A DNA stretch of 63,302 nucleotides, the filler included, from Dimargaris cristalligena (lineage: Eukaryota): NCBI GenBank assembly GCA_003614675.1. It is 9 parts of 9 records of this genome, joined end to end, with 100 filler letters (N's around TTAATTAATTAA, not from the genome) between each part and the next. Parts side by side here need not be neighbours in the genome. Positions count along the whole stretch, not along the records: positions 49,391 to 56,301 come from ML003471.1; positions 56,402 to 63,302 come from ML003472.1; 7 more parts are not named here. One strand, written 5' to 3'. The translations under genes were made by a program, and so were the position numbers. This document shows positions 49,397-62,039 of the stretch, piece after piece (position 1 is the first letter of the stretch; the number at the start of each line of letters is the position of its first letter). The notes beneath the pieces were generated by a model. The model did not search any database. It was not told the origin of the DNA and saw only the letters and a list, made by a program, of their open reading frames with translations.

Positions 49397-51964
49397 ATGA
49401 ATATAGATGATTATTGTCAACAAATTGTATCTAAAGTAATAAAATGCGATGATTATCAGCAGAAAGGTTATGATAAATTAAAATTAAGTTCACCAATATC
49501 AAAAATTGTTGATTATGTAATAAATCTATCAGATTTGGATTTATATTGTAAACAGTTGGTAATTGAAAAATGTGTATGTATTATAGAAGATAAGTATGTT
49601 AAGAATATTATAGATACAATTGATTGAGATAATGATAAGGATGTTAGTTTGAAAAATATTATATTTAAGGATTGTGTTAAAGGATTAAGTGTTGATATTG
49701 ATAGATTGATTAGTTTGTATACAAAGAGTAATAATAAAAAGTTAGTTCAAGAGTTAGATAATTTTACTTCTGGAAACAATTTTGATGAAAATATATATAT
49801 TGTATTATGTATAATGTGTTTGGGTAAATATAAAATTATTAATATTATATATTTGATTATTATAAGATTGTTATCTGAATCACATACGGATAAACATGTT
49901 GTTATTACACGTATTCATGATGCTGTCATTAAAAAAATTAAATATATTAATAATATGGATGAATTGATTGTTAATTCTCGTTTAGATATTTCAAATATTA
50001 GAAGTATTATATTGAGTATGCCTGATATCTCTAAAATACAATTGGGATTAACTTTATATGAATTATCTAGTAAAAATTTAAAATTTATTGGTTCTTATAT
50101 TGTTAAGGAGGATCTTAAAAGTTTATATAAAATTTATATTAAAAGTGAATATATTCAAATTATTCATGATTTTGCTCTAATTCCTATTAAATTACCTATG
50201 ATTTATAAACCAAATATATTTGAAAAAAATAATAATGGTGGATATTTAACATCAAAAATGAATATTATATGTGATTATGAAAGTATTATAAGACAAAATC
50301 ATGCAAATATTTATAAAAGTGAAATCAGTGATATTCAATATGATGCTATTAACTATTTAAATAAACAAAAATTTATTATTAATAGGGATATGTTGGATTA
50401 TGTTGTTAATGAATGGAATAATGATAATAGTTTATTTTTTAATGGTTTAAATAAACTTAAAATTTATACTGACGATGATTATTATAAACAAATTGATATA
50501 CAACAACATAATAGTAAATATTGAATGTATCGTAATATAATTAATATTGCAATTTTATATAAATGTTATAGTATTTATATACCTGTTTATATGGATTTTA
50601 GAGGGAGAATTTATCCTTTATTAAATTATTTAACTTATCAAGGTGTTGACTTGGCAAGATCATTAATTCTTTTTGATGATAATGAAGAAATAAACGATGA
50701 TGGTATATCATATTTATATCAATATTTTGCTAATGTATATGGATTTAATAAGAAATCTATTAAATATAAAATTAAATGAGTTGAAAATAATATAGACAAT
50801 ATTATTGATTTATATAATTATAATAGGTCTAAATTTAATGAAGATATATTATCTAAAGTTAAAGAACCTGCACAATTTATTAGTACATTATTAAGTATAA
50901 TTTCATTACGTGCGGGTAATAAAATTGTTAATATACCTATATTATTTGATGCAACATGTTCAGGTTTACAACATTTATCTGCTTTATGTGTTGATACATC
51001 TTTAGCCAAATTAGTTAATTTAACTGATAATGATGTACCTAATGATTTTTATGAATATGCTGGTAAATTTGTTTATAAACAAATCGAAGATTTGGATGAT
51101 AGTGAATTAAAGAATAAATTTATTAATATTAAAATTGATAGAGAATTTATGAAAAAACCTGTTATGACTAAACCATATAATATAACTATGAATGGTATGG
51201 GTAAATATATAACAGAAAATTTAAATAAAATATATGAACATAATAAATTATATTATCAGATCCCATCTATGTATACAGTCAATGATAAAAGTATTGTTTT
51301 ATCTGGATCTGAAATGGGTCGTTTTATTAGTATTATATATAATTCAATTTATAATATGATACCTCCCATAAAGAATTTAAATAAATATTTAAATGATATG
51401 ATAAATTTGATGTGTAAAATAGATTTATCTATAAATTGAACTACACCTTCAAATATGTTGGTTAGTTTATCAAGTAGAAAATTTAAAACTGTTAAAACTA
51501 ATAGTAAATTATATAAAAGAGGTAAATCTATATCAATTTCGTTACCTCTAAATGAATACAATTTTAATATAATTAAACGTGGTTTTATGCCGAATTTTAT
51601 ACATTCAATGGATGCTGCAAATATACATTTATTAATAAATTTAATACTTAGTGATAAAGATTTGTCGTTATATACTATACACGATTGTTTTGCTAGTACA
51701 CCTAATAATATGGGTAAAATTAATAAGTTTGTTAGAAATACCTTTATAAAATTATATTTCGATAAAAATTATTTAAATATAATGCATAATAACTTTATAG
51801 AACAAATAAAATGTCATTATACTGTATATGATAATGATAATATTAAATATTTTTATATTGATGATGAATTGGTCATTATACCAAATTTACCATCTAGTCC
51901 ATGAGATGACCTTAAAGATGAATTTATTAAGAATATTGCTAATTCTAAATATTTCATATGTTAA
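49397..51964 (+). CDS. rpo: Single-subunit T3/T7-like DNA-directed RNA polymerase, 855 aa (genetic code 4)
   Basis: ORF pieces are all in one frame, separated only by TGA (49625, 50522, 50777, 51437, 51902), ending at TAA 51962-51964. Motifs DFRGRIYP, FDATCSGLQH (A), RxxxKKPVMTKPY (B), PNFIHSMDA, TIHDCF (C), C-terminal SKYFIC. Confidence 0.93.
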
Positions 51965-52020
51965 TCCTCATGAATTTATCTTTTCGTTTCGAATTTTTAT
52001 CTAAACCCTCTCCTTGTATA

Positions 52021-55000
52021 TTAATTTGATTCCATTAATATAGTTATAATACATGCGCACAATCTTAAAGTAATGGTCATACCTGCCGTGATTATAATAA
52101 TTTTATTTGTATCAAACATATTATCATTGTTAATATCATTAGTAATATCATCTTTATCATAATCACTTGTCGTATCTATTGTATTTTCTTTATTCTGTAT
52201 GGGAATATGTTCAGATGGAGTAGATGAAACTTCATTATCTTTAAGTATATTCGAGCTATCATTTGTTAAATCATTTGTTGAATCTATATCATTAGTATCA
52301 TTATTTAAAACTTTAGATTCAAGATGTTCAGTTTTATTAATTAATATATTAATATTTTCAGATAACATATTAACATTTTCACTCAACATTATTAAATTTT
52401 CTAATGTATTCTCGGATATTTTTGATATTTTATCAACCATATTTTCCATATATTTTGAATTTGTTATTGTAGATAATACATTATGTTTTAATTCACTTAT
52501 TTCATTTAATATAACGTTATTTTCATTAGTTAATTTATCTAATTTATTTAAGGCTTCATTAAATTTACGTTTCAAAATAATATCATTTTTAATAGAATTA
52601 TGGTATGTAATTTTCATATAATCAAGATTTTTCCTGATAGCATTAATTTGATGTGAAACATTATTTACATTATTTAAGTCATTTGATATAGAATTAATCT
52701 GTTCTGAAAGACTTTCAATATTATCCAAAATATCATTATCTACATTACCAAAAAGATAATTTTTCATTATGGTTTGTATTAAATTGATAAATATAGTTTT
52801 ATTAATAAAAATAATAAAATTTAATAAATGCGACATAAATTTATATAAATATTTATGTTTATCTTCAGAACTATTATCATCTTCGTTAATATAATCCATT
52901 TCATCATCAGAATCATCATCATATAATTCTATAGTCAAATTGTCATCATTAATAATATCATCTTTAAAAACCATATTATACATAATGATATGTCACATAA
53001 TAAATATAATATAACATAATATTAATGAGATAATAAATATATCTATAAATCTCAATTTGGTATATACAATACTTAACAATCTTGATCATGAAAATTGGGT
53101 TATTTCTTTGTCATCCATTTCATTATCATATGATTGTTCTGGACATAATTTAATTAAATTATGTGTATTTAATGGTGGAGCCAATAATTTATAAGGTATA
53201 GTTTTATATATAAAATTTATTGGTACAGTAAAATTTTCAGTTGACCCAATTATTTCATAATTGTTCTTAGAATTATCTAAATCAGATTTAATTGATTCAT
53301 CAATACCTCTAATCCTAATGTTTCTATTTATTATACTAACATAACCATCTCTATTATTTCTAATAAACATTTGTTTAATTATATCAACAGATTCACCATT
53401 TAAAAGTTTAATAAAATCATTATAAGTTAATCCATTTTTACCAACACCTTTAGCTTTTATAATTTCCATACCATCACCATTATTAATATAATATAATTTT
53501 GGTTTAATAAATATACCCTCCTTAACAAAATATTCTAATTTCATTTGACCCAATTCTTTACCAACATATTTTGATTCTAATGGTTTTTCTAACACCACAG
53601 AATCTGTATCAGAATATATACAATTATTACCACTAATATTTTTAAATTTATTAATAGCTATACGTGCATAACCAGTTATAGCTGCTGCAATTGAAACAGA
53701 TGATTGTAAACTTCTAGATTTATCAAAATTCTCAGAAGATTCTGGTATCAATAATTTACATAATTCTCAATCAATTTTCTTACCAATTTTAACTAAACAT
53801 CTAGTATCACCAGTCATTAATATATCAGTATCATGTATTTTCATAGATGGTTCATTAAGTTGGTCAATACCAATAATTTTTGTATAATCATCAATATTAT
53901 TCTGTCCCATTTTACCATATAACGAATTTAATATAAGTTTTGCAATTAATCTTTGTGCAGAATCATTATTTTCTTCTGCTTCAAGTTTTAATTTATAAAT
54001 TGTATTTACAAATTCATCAAATAACCCAGATACTCTATTAAATTTATAACCACACAAAACATTAATATTATAACCGACACTTCTAGCATATTTCAATTCT
54101 TCACTAAAATATCATCCAGAAAAAGAACCTCTAGGTTGACTAATAGTAGTATCATTATCATTACGATAAGGTAATATAGGAACTTTTAATATATTATCAT
54201 CAGGTGCAGTAATATGAGCATAAACAAACCCAAATATATTATCTAAATTTGTTTCAGTAGTAAAAATAGGTTTACCAGTAGGCATATCATTTAACATAGC
54301 TTTAGGATATTGAGAATTCATATCATAATAATATCCATCATTAATTTTATGTTGTACAACTTGAACTACACCACCATAATAACCTTTTCTAATATCCTTT
54401 TCAACAATACCAGAAATAACAGGAATAGACATATTTTTTTCATTATAAAAATTAGAAAGAAATAATTTCAAACTTAAAGAAGGCAAAGTTTTAGAATCAG
54501 TAATATTAATACCAAATTGATTATGAATTTTCTCACCAAATTTAATAACAACTTGATATAAAGATATCAAATCACGTCTTAAATATTCATATAACTCATC
54601 TTTCAATGATCAATTATTTTTAATACATAAATTATAAGCTTCTTTAGTTACATCATTATTATAATAATTAATATCAGGTGTATTACCAATATAATTCAAA
54701 GTATTTTCATTAACAAATTTATAAGGGAAAATACCTTTAGTAACTTCACAATTAAATGCTTTACATAATGTTTTCAAGTCAGATCTTAAAAACAACAAAC
54801 TGTCCAATATATTAATTGAATAATTTTCTTTACCAATTTTAATATAAATTTTAATAGAAATCAAATCATTATCTTTATATACAGTTTTAAATTTATAATC
54901 AGAATTTAATAAACTTTTAACTATATATCCACCATCAAATCCAGATAAATTATGAATAAAAAAGGTATATTTATTATACATTTTAGAATTAAAAATATTA

Positions 55001-56211
55001 TTAATCATATCAATAATTACATCTTGTTCATTATCAAAATAAAATATTTCAGAACTATCATTAACATAATAACCACATGCATATACCTTTTGTACACCAT
55101 TATTCAATGTAAAAGTTTCTAAATCCATTGTACCAATATGATTATTAAAATCAATAGTTCGACTTAATGTATCAAATGTATTAACTTTATAAATAATATC
55201 ATTTTTAACATATTTACCAATAGTATTAAAATATAATTTATTATTTTCATATATACGTATATAACCATATTTATTCAGAATATCTTTAAAACTCAAAATA
55301 AAATTATTATTTTCATATACATCAACAACATATTTTGATTCAATTATGGTAACTTTCAATAAGAATTCCACACCATCAATAATACATTTATATAAATTAT
55401 TAGAAATTAACACACCATAATTAGAAGGATTAATTCTATACACAACAGAATTTAAATTTTTCAATTTATTAATTCTTTTAATTAATTTTTGTGTATTAGA
55501 CAATTTATTCTCTACAGGATCATTATTATCTTTACTTTTAATAACACTTAAAGCTTTATTATATATATTTTTAAACTCATTTTCTTCAATTCACACTCTA
55601 TAACAGATAATAATATCAAATGTATCAGGGAAATCGTATTGTTGGCTAGATTTAATAATATTCGTATATAATCTCAAATTCAATGCACTAATATTCATAT
55701 CATTATATATAAAAAATCTTTTACTCAATGTAGTAACACGTCTCTCACCATCCTCATCAATACATCTTACCATACACAAAGCACTATATATTTTATCATT
55801 ATCCAATTTATCAATTATATCAGCTAACCCAGGTATTTCTTTAACATAAACACTATAATTCTCTATAACAAATTTATATTTATAACCCTTATAACCCATA
55901 CCAACAGAAGAATTAACATTTTTAAAAGCTCTACGCAAGTTTACATACTTATCATTGATCATTAATGTTGGTACAAACAATAAACTTTGCACATTAAAAT
56001 AATTATTTAATACAAAAAATCGGTCCCATAGAGACAGCCCATTATATATTTCCATTCCCGTTTGAATAAAACATACCTCAGTATGTGATATAATACCAGC
56101 TAATAATATACTACTTAACAAAGGCAGTATTAGCACACCAGCGAATGTCAATATTAGAAATATAATATTTATCGTTATATAGCAAACAAAGTTAATATAT
56201 AAGAAGATCAT
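52021..56211 (-). CDS. dpo: Protein-primed family B DNA polymerase with N-terminal hydrophobic/terminal-protein-like region and fused C-terminal TM-acidic-coiled-coil-TM extension, 1396 aa (genetic code 4)
   Basis: Single frame with only TGA codons (55591, 54610, 54112, 53767, 53086, 52993) until TAA 52021-52023. ExoI TMDLET, ExoII IHNLSGFDG, ExoIII YLRRD, PolA YDMNSQYP, WYFSEEL, PolB KLILNSLYGK, PolC YSDTDS, KAKG. Confidence 0.88.
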
Positions 56212-56252
56212 AGTTTTTATTTTAGTAGGGGGTAAGATATCCCTCTATTAGT
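56212..56252. promoter_or_regulatory. 41-bp divergent intergenic junction with 10-bp imperfect inverted repeat (candidate origin/bidirectional promoter or joined termini)
   Basis: TAGTAGGGGG (56223-56232), 8-nt loop, CCCTCTATTA (56241-56250). Lies between the dpo ATG (56211, -) and the repeated rpo ATG (56253, +). Confidence 0.5.
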
Positions 56253-56296
56253 ATGAATATAGATGATTATTGTCAACAAATTGTATCTAAAGTAAT
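56247..56296 (+). repeat. 50-bp direct repeat of contig start 49391-49440
   Basis: ATTAGTATGAATATAGATGATTATTGTCAACAAATTGTATCTAAAGTAAT is identical at both ends; the last 5 nt of the contig (TTATG) diverge. Confidence 0.95.
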
Positions 56297-56401
56297 TTAT
56301 GNNNNNNNNNNNNNNNNNNNNNNNNNNNNNNNNNNNNNNNNNNNNTTAATTAATTAANNNNNNNNNNNNNNNNNNNNNNNNNNNNNNNNNNNNNNNNNNN
56401 N

Positions 56402-56615
56402 TCAATAAACTCTATATATACTCACCCCCTTGTACTAACTAATAAGTGTGCCTACTGCATGCCCCTTGCATATACCTGTGCTTATCCTTTATTGGTTAGT
56501 ACCATGCCCCCATCCTAACACTAGTAGCCTGCTTAGCTATATCTAAACCCCACCTACCATTAGAAGCCTATCCCTGGGACTCTTGATGGACTAAGAGCGG
56601 TTAACTTGGGTGACA
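56402..56615 (+). mobile_element. 3' part of a family-A LTR at contig start
   Basis: AATAAA...GGGTGACA. Confidence 0.8.
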
Positions 56616-58300
56616 ACATTGTTCAATAATTGGTACCCAGTATCTCCCATTTCCTAGTAAGTCAAATTATCAATAAATTGAAACACACAGTGATGGCTTG
56701 GATGTATATCTTGAAAGTGGTGGTGTAGATTTTTTTATATCAAAGTATAGGTATAAGGGACTGCAGTCTCAATTGTGCTAAGCTGGTTATTCAAATTGTA
56801 GCTTTTTGGGGTAAGAGGCCCCCCAAATACAGATACATAATCAAGTATAAAATTATTTACTACCACATAGCTCAGTTGAAACATGATTCCATCAGTATAG
56901 TAGTTATAGGTAACCCTGAGGGATATTCAACCCTAGTGTGTGAATATGGAGCAGGTGAGGCATTAATGATACAATGCTAAATATATCAATGAATTGACTC
57001 CCAGTAACAAAAAAACTTGGTGTGGTGTATTGAATAGTTTGACTATTTAGTGTTGGAATGGTGAGACCATGACCAACAATAAGTCTCACAATTGTAAATA
57101 TATATTTTTCTCATGGTTTGATATATCTCAAAACTCAGGTATTTTAATACCATGTTTTGGCTGTAAGTGCGCTTCTATCGGCCAGGGGCCCAGTGATGAT
57201 GCCATGGCAATATTCGCTACCACTTAACCTCCAATATTGGCAGGGTTTGCTGCATTTAAAGTTGCTAATCCCCTGAGTAATCACGTATAACCTTGTCATT
57301 TAGGGTGATACTCTCCCAGCTACAGGGGATTGGATCGTCCACCCCCTATAACAAAGGGGGAATATTACAATAACACACCCGTCTATATATTGCAATCTCC
57401 CCACTGAGCTCCGTGTTCCCCTCGCTCCTCCAGCTCTAACCGAGGGAGAGGGTATGCAGCTTGGTCATTCAGTAAATAACTGTGGCTTAGTATCCCTGGT
57501 AAGATGGTCTTTCCGCTTCCCCCTCACAACAACACAGAGCCAACGCGGCGGCAAAATGGCTCCAAAGCCTGTCACTACCAAAGGACGCTCAATCACTGAA
57601 GATATGCAATGTGCGTAGGCCAGGGGGGCCGGTTGGGAGCCTTCCAAGGCGCAACATGTATAACTGGCAATCATTTACAAATGGATGCATCTAATGGCGA
57701 ATCAGCCATGCGTGTAGTTGACCAGGCTGGCTGCCAGGGCCATTCCCCGACAAGATGAGTAGAAAATGCAAAATAAAATAAAGTAGCAAGGCTATGGCTG
57801 TGGAGTTCGGATGTAAGGACTCAACAATTATCCAACGGCGGCTCTCTGTCTCGCTCCATCCTGGTACTGGCACCGCTATTCTGCACCATAATTAAAATCG
57901 TCAAGCCATACTCCTGCCATTATATTGGTTGAATACAGAAGGCTTTTCTATGCAGCCCATTTCAAACTGCGACTCATCCTGCCTAAAGCAGCCGGTTACG
58001 CAGAGAACACTGGGTAGCTCATATATGGAAGGATCGACAACAGGGGGGCATGTGCCGGCTGCTCAGTGGTCAGTGATTGACGGCCCAGTGATACTCCTCA
58101 CCCATGTCCTTCCGCACCGGCCCCTGTAATTCGGAATATATAACACCAGCACTGCTTCCCCATCAGCCCACGCCCAGGTCTTTCAATAATTGTTTTGCTT
58201 ACATTATCATTTTTACCCTTCACTATCCGCCATCAACAGCTTCTTCTTCACGTCCACTACCGGTTGTTCCCCATAACTCGAACATCCTTGTATCTTAACC

Positions 58301-59647
58301 ATGCGCGAATGTATCTCGGTCCACGTTGGTCAGGCCGGTGTCCAGATTGGCAACGCCTGCTGGGAGCTGTACTGCCTGGAACACGGCATCCAGCCCGACG
58401 GTCGCCTCCAGGACCCCTCGGCCCCCCACGACAACGCCTACTCCACCTTCTTCTCGGAGACCAGTTCCGGCAAGCGCGTGCCCCGCACCGTCATGGTCGA
58501 CTTGGAACCCTCCGTCATTGACGAAGTCCGTACCGGTACCTACCGCCAGCTGTTCCACCCCGAACAGCTCATCACCGGTAAGGAGGACGCCGCCAACAAC
58601 TACGCCCGTGGTCACTACACCGTGGGTAAGGAAATTGTCGACTCCGTCCTCGACCGCATCCGCAAGATCGCGGATAACTGTGAGGGTCTCCAGGGCTTCC
58701 TGGTCTTCCACTCCTTCGGCGGTGGTACCGGATCCGGTTTCGGCTCCCTGCTCATGGAGCGTCTGTCCGTGGATTACGGCAAGAAGTCTAAGCTGGAGTT
58801 CTCCGTCTATCCCGCTCCTCAGGTGTCTACCTCTGTCGTGGAGCCCTACAACTCCATCCTGACCACCCACACTACCTTGGAGCACTCCAACTGCTCATTC
58901 ATGGTCGATAACGAGGCCATCTATGACATCTGCCGTCGCAACCTCGACATTGAGCGTCCCACCTATGCCAACCTGAACCGCCTCATTGCCCAGATTGTAT
59001 CCTCCATCACCGCCTCCCTGCGCTTCTCCGGTTCCCTGAACGTGGATTTGACCGAGTTCCAGACCAACTTGGTGCCCTACCCCCGTATTCACTTCCCCCT
59101 GGTGACCTACGCCCCCATCATCTCGGCCGAGAAGTCCCTCCACGAACAGCTCAGCGTCAGTGAGATTACCAACGCTTGCTTCGAGCCCAACAACCAGATG
59201 GTCAAGTGCGACCCCCGTCACGGCAAGTACATGGCCTGCTGTCTGCTGTACCGCGGTGACGTGGTGCCTAAAGAGGTCAATGCCGCCGTGGCTGCTGTCA
59301 AGGCCAAGCGCACCGTCCAGTTTGTCGACTGGTGCCCCACTGGTTTCAAGATTGGTATCAACGACGAGCGTCCCACCGTCGTGCCCGGCGGCGACCTCGC
59401 CAAGGTCAATCGCGCCGTCTGTTTATTGTCCAACACCACCGCCATTGCCGAGGCCTGGGCCCGGCTGGACCACAAGTTTGATCTCATGTACGCCAAGCGG
59501 GCCTTCGTCCACTGGTATGTGGGTGAAGGTATGGAGGAAGGTGAATTCTCCGAAGCCCGTGAGGACCTCGCCGCCCTCGAGAAGGACTACGAGGAAGTTG
59601 GTACCGACTCCCCCGCCGACGGAGATCTCGATGAGCTCGAGTATTAA
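58301..59647 (+). CDS. TUB1: Alpha-tubulin, intronless, 448 aa
   Basis: [13 protein letters not shown] start, [23 protein letters not shown]-terminal Tyr; strong C-ending codon bias. Confidence 0.99.
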   Translation: MRECISVHVGQAGVQIGNACWELYCLEHGIQPDGRLQDPSAPHDNAYSTFFSETSSGKRVPRTVMVDLEPSVIDEVRTGTYRQLFHPEQLITGKEDAANNYARGHYTVGKEIVDSVLDRIRKIADNCEGLQGFLVFHSFGGGTGSGFGSLLMERLSVDYGKKSKLEFSVYPAPQVSTSVVEPYNSILTTHTTLEHSNCSFMVDNEAIYDICRRNLDIERPTYANLNRLIAQIVSSITASLRFSGSLNVDLTEFQTNLVPYPRIHFPLVTYAPIISAEKSLHEQLSVSEITNACFEPNNQMVKCDPRHGKYMACCLLYRGDVVPKEVNAAVAAVKAKRTVQFVDWCPTGFKIGINDERPTVVPGGDLAKVNRAVCLLSNTTAIAEAWARLDHKFDLMYAKRAFVHWYVGEGMEEGEFSEAREDLAALEKDYEEVGTDSPADGDLDELEY

Positions 59648-61021
59648 GTACCGGTTCGCCGAATGCCGACTCTGGCACAGATATCAATGCGGTAGTTTAT
59701 TGTGATGTGATATCAGACGAAATTACCCATCCATATTCCTTTGGCTGTATATTCGGTATATTTGAAACCCTAATATAGGTCAACAGCATACCACTATTTA
59801 GCCCACCTATAATTCGAGACCGCTCTTCAGATAAAGCTGGCTATTGAATAAAGTATCTTGAATTGTATTTATTCGTTATGCTAGGTACACCAAGGACGCC
59901 AGCTATTGCTTACAAAACAGAAAAGCTATCCGGTTTTTTATTAACCTTTGCAGGTGCATATTTCTAATATAATAACATGTAAACGACATGTATGCTTAGG
60001 GAACATCTTTAGAGAAATTCGAGTGACCTAGCTAGCGAGGAGGGCATTCTGGAAAGGTAGCCCAATGGAGTAAAGGACGAAGATGTTGGCATAAAAAACC
60101 AAGCAGTTCGAAGCCAGAAGTTCTCAGAATTACCAGTGAAGGCCATCAGACAATGATGCTTGGTTTTGGGGTGTAAAAGTGGTGTCAACTATTTTATGCG
60201 ATTTAACATAATAACAAATGAGTGTTGCTGGGAAGAGTGTAGCTCAGGGGTAGCATGAGGTGTGTATACAGTAGTTACTGTGGTTTAGTGAGGGTTGGTT
60301 TTAGCCACATCCGCCATACATCGCACTCATCTGCATTGATAACGCCATCCTTCAATACTACTGCCACCTGTTAAACTTATCCGTTCTACACCAGGAAAAA
60401 GTGCTGGGGTTAAGAGGAAGTAATAGAATGGATGGGATTTAGATCATTTCACTTTTAATGGCTTAATGTCCAATGTACTTTTAATCCCTGAGAATGGCTC
60501 GGTGCACATAACAGTATAGTATTAAGATAAGTCAAATACGAGTAAGATAGATAAAATGGCAGACACGATACTAAGCAAAATACCAAGCCCGCTAATCCGA
60601 TGGGTAAAGAAATACCTTAGGTTGTGTTATGACCTAGACTATAGTAATCGGTAATGGGAAATAAAGTAATTTTGTATTAATTGTAATACCCTAATCGCGA
60701 GGCGACGACTCGTAAACAAGTACTTACGGAAAAGAATATCCATACGACAAAGGTAACAATGGAGATTGTGTGTATATGAGTGGAATTCTGCCCGGCTATA
60801 ACAAATTCTACATGCTATATGTATGGGAGTATCGGCGGGGGATTATTTTTCAACCAGTAGCATCTGTCTTACTTAGCGGATTTTGTGTATTATTCAGGCT
60901 GGTTGAACCCCCCTCATATAGTTTGGGGTGGCTCTGTCTATGTTGCATGGTACACTGCAATTTGGGAGCAAACACTTTCCCACTTTCAGGTCAGCCTGGA
61001 GATGATAAGGCCTGTCCCAGG

Positions 61022-61372
61022 TGTCAGACTCTCTAATCCACCCTAAACCTGGCTGGCTTAGTGTTTGACTATATTAGGCCTTATAGCACCATATTAGCCT
61101 TCCCAAGGCCACACCCACTACCATGGGATTATTATACATTATATAACCTTCCCCCTGGCCAGACTCCACCTATTCACACTAACCACTCAAGTACTGATCC
61201 ATTAAACTCTTCCAGTTACCATTAGAGTCTTCTGGATACTAGTAGCTGTCCAGTTAGCCTATTCACCTATTCTATAGTTCTAGTAGTATCCTTACCTGGG
61301 GATCTCCCTCTGGAGCTATCCCTATATATATAACTGGGCCCCATTGGGACTAGTTAGATACCTTAGCTTACC
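61022..61372 (+). mobile_element. 5' part of a family-A LTR, truncated by an inverted copy
   Basis: TGTCAGAC start; stops at CTTAGCTTA where the next copy begins. Confidence 0.75.
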
Positions 61373-61960
61373 TATCACCTGGGTTAACCATTCTTAGTCT
61401 GTTAAGAGTCCTGGGGGTAGGCTTCTAACAGTAGATAGGGCTTGGGCTCAGCCAAGTGGGTCCTAGTATTAGGTAGGGGGGAGGCATGGTTACTAACTAA
61501 TAAAGGCTAAGTGCAGGTATATGTAAGGGCCATGCAGCAGGCATACTTACTAGTTAGTCTGGGGGGAGTGAGAATATAATAAGTTTATTGGGATAAACTA
61601 GGGGGATAAGAATAAGCTGAGGAATCAAACCAGTCCCAAAGGGGCCCAGTTATATATACATGGGGGATGACTCCAGAGGGAGGTCCCTGAGGGAGAATAC
61701 TACTAAGACTACATTATACTAAATAAGCCAACCAGATGGCCATGAGGGTCTGGGAGACTCAGATAGTAACTAAAAGAGTTGTTAGATCAGCACTGGAGTA
61801 AGTGGTACAGACCAAGGAGTCCAGAAGGGGAATGGTGATATTGAATAGGGTAATCCTATAGTACCAGGGGTGACCATGGAAAGCTTTATATAGTACTATA
61901 TGGCCTAGTCAGGATGGATGATCACTATGTCTGGATTAAGTTAGATTAGAAGGGCCAACA
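61373..61960 (-). mobile_element. Solo LTR, family A
   Basis: TATCACC...GGGCCAACA. Confidence 0.82.
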
Positions 61961-62039
61961 TTGTACTATGCAGTTTTATTTACATATATCTTACTGGTCC
62001 CTACTATGTGGTCATAATATCCCCATTTAAAATACTGGG

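Larger units (their letters stand above)
49391..56301. mobile_element. Mitochondrial plasmid-type replicon (RNA pol + protein-primed DNA pol), apparently complete ~6856-bp unit
   Basis: Very AT-rich, intronless and almost fully coding under TGA=Trp. Two convergent polymerase genes, and a 50-bp direct terminal overlap. Confidence 0.92.

Noticed and set aside
52199-52621. 140-aa plus-strand hydrophobic ORF (and 50818-51009, 51349-51561)
   Set aside because: Antisense shadows of the plasmid genes.
49397-56211. Interpretation as fragmented polymerase pseudogenes/NUMT or as 11 separate small genes
   Set aside because: All breaks are in-frame TGA; under code 4 there are two continuous ORFs.
58295-59705. 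Multiple overlapping/antisense ORFs over alpha-tubulin
   Set aside because: By-products of GC3-biased codon usage.
60229-60300. GTAGCTCAGGGGTAGCA resembling a tRNA D-arm/A-box
   Set aside because: No T-arm GTTCRA or acceptor stem.
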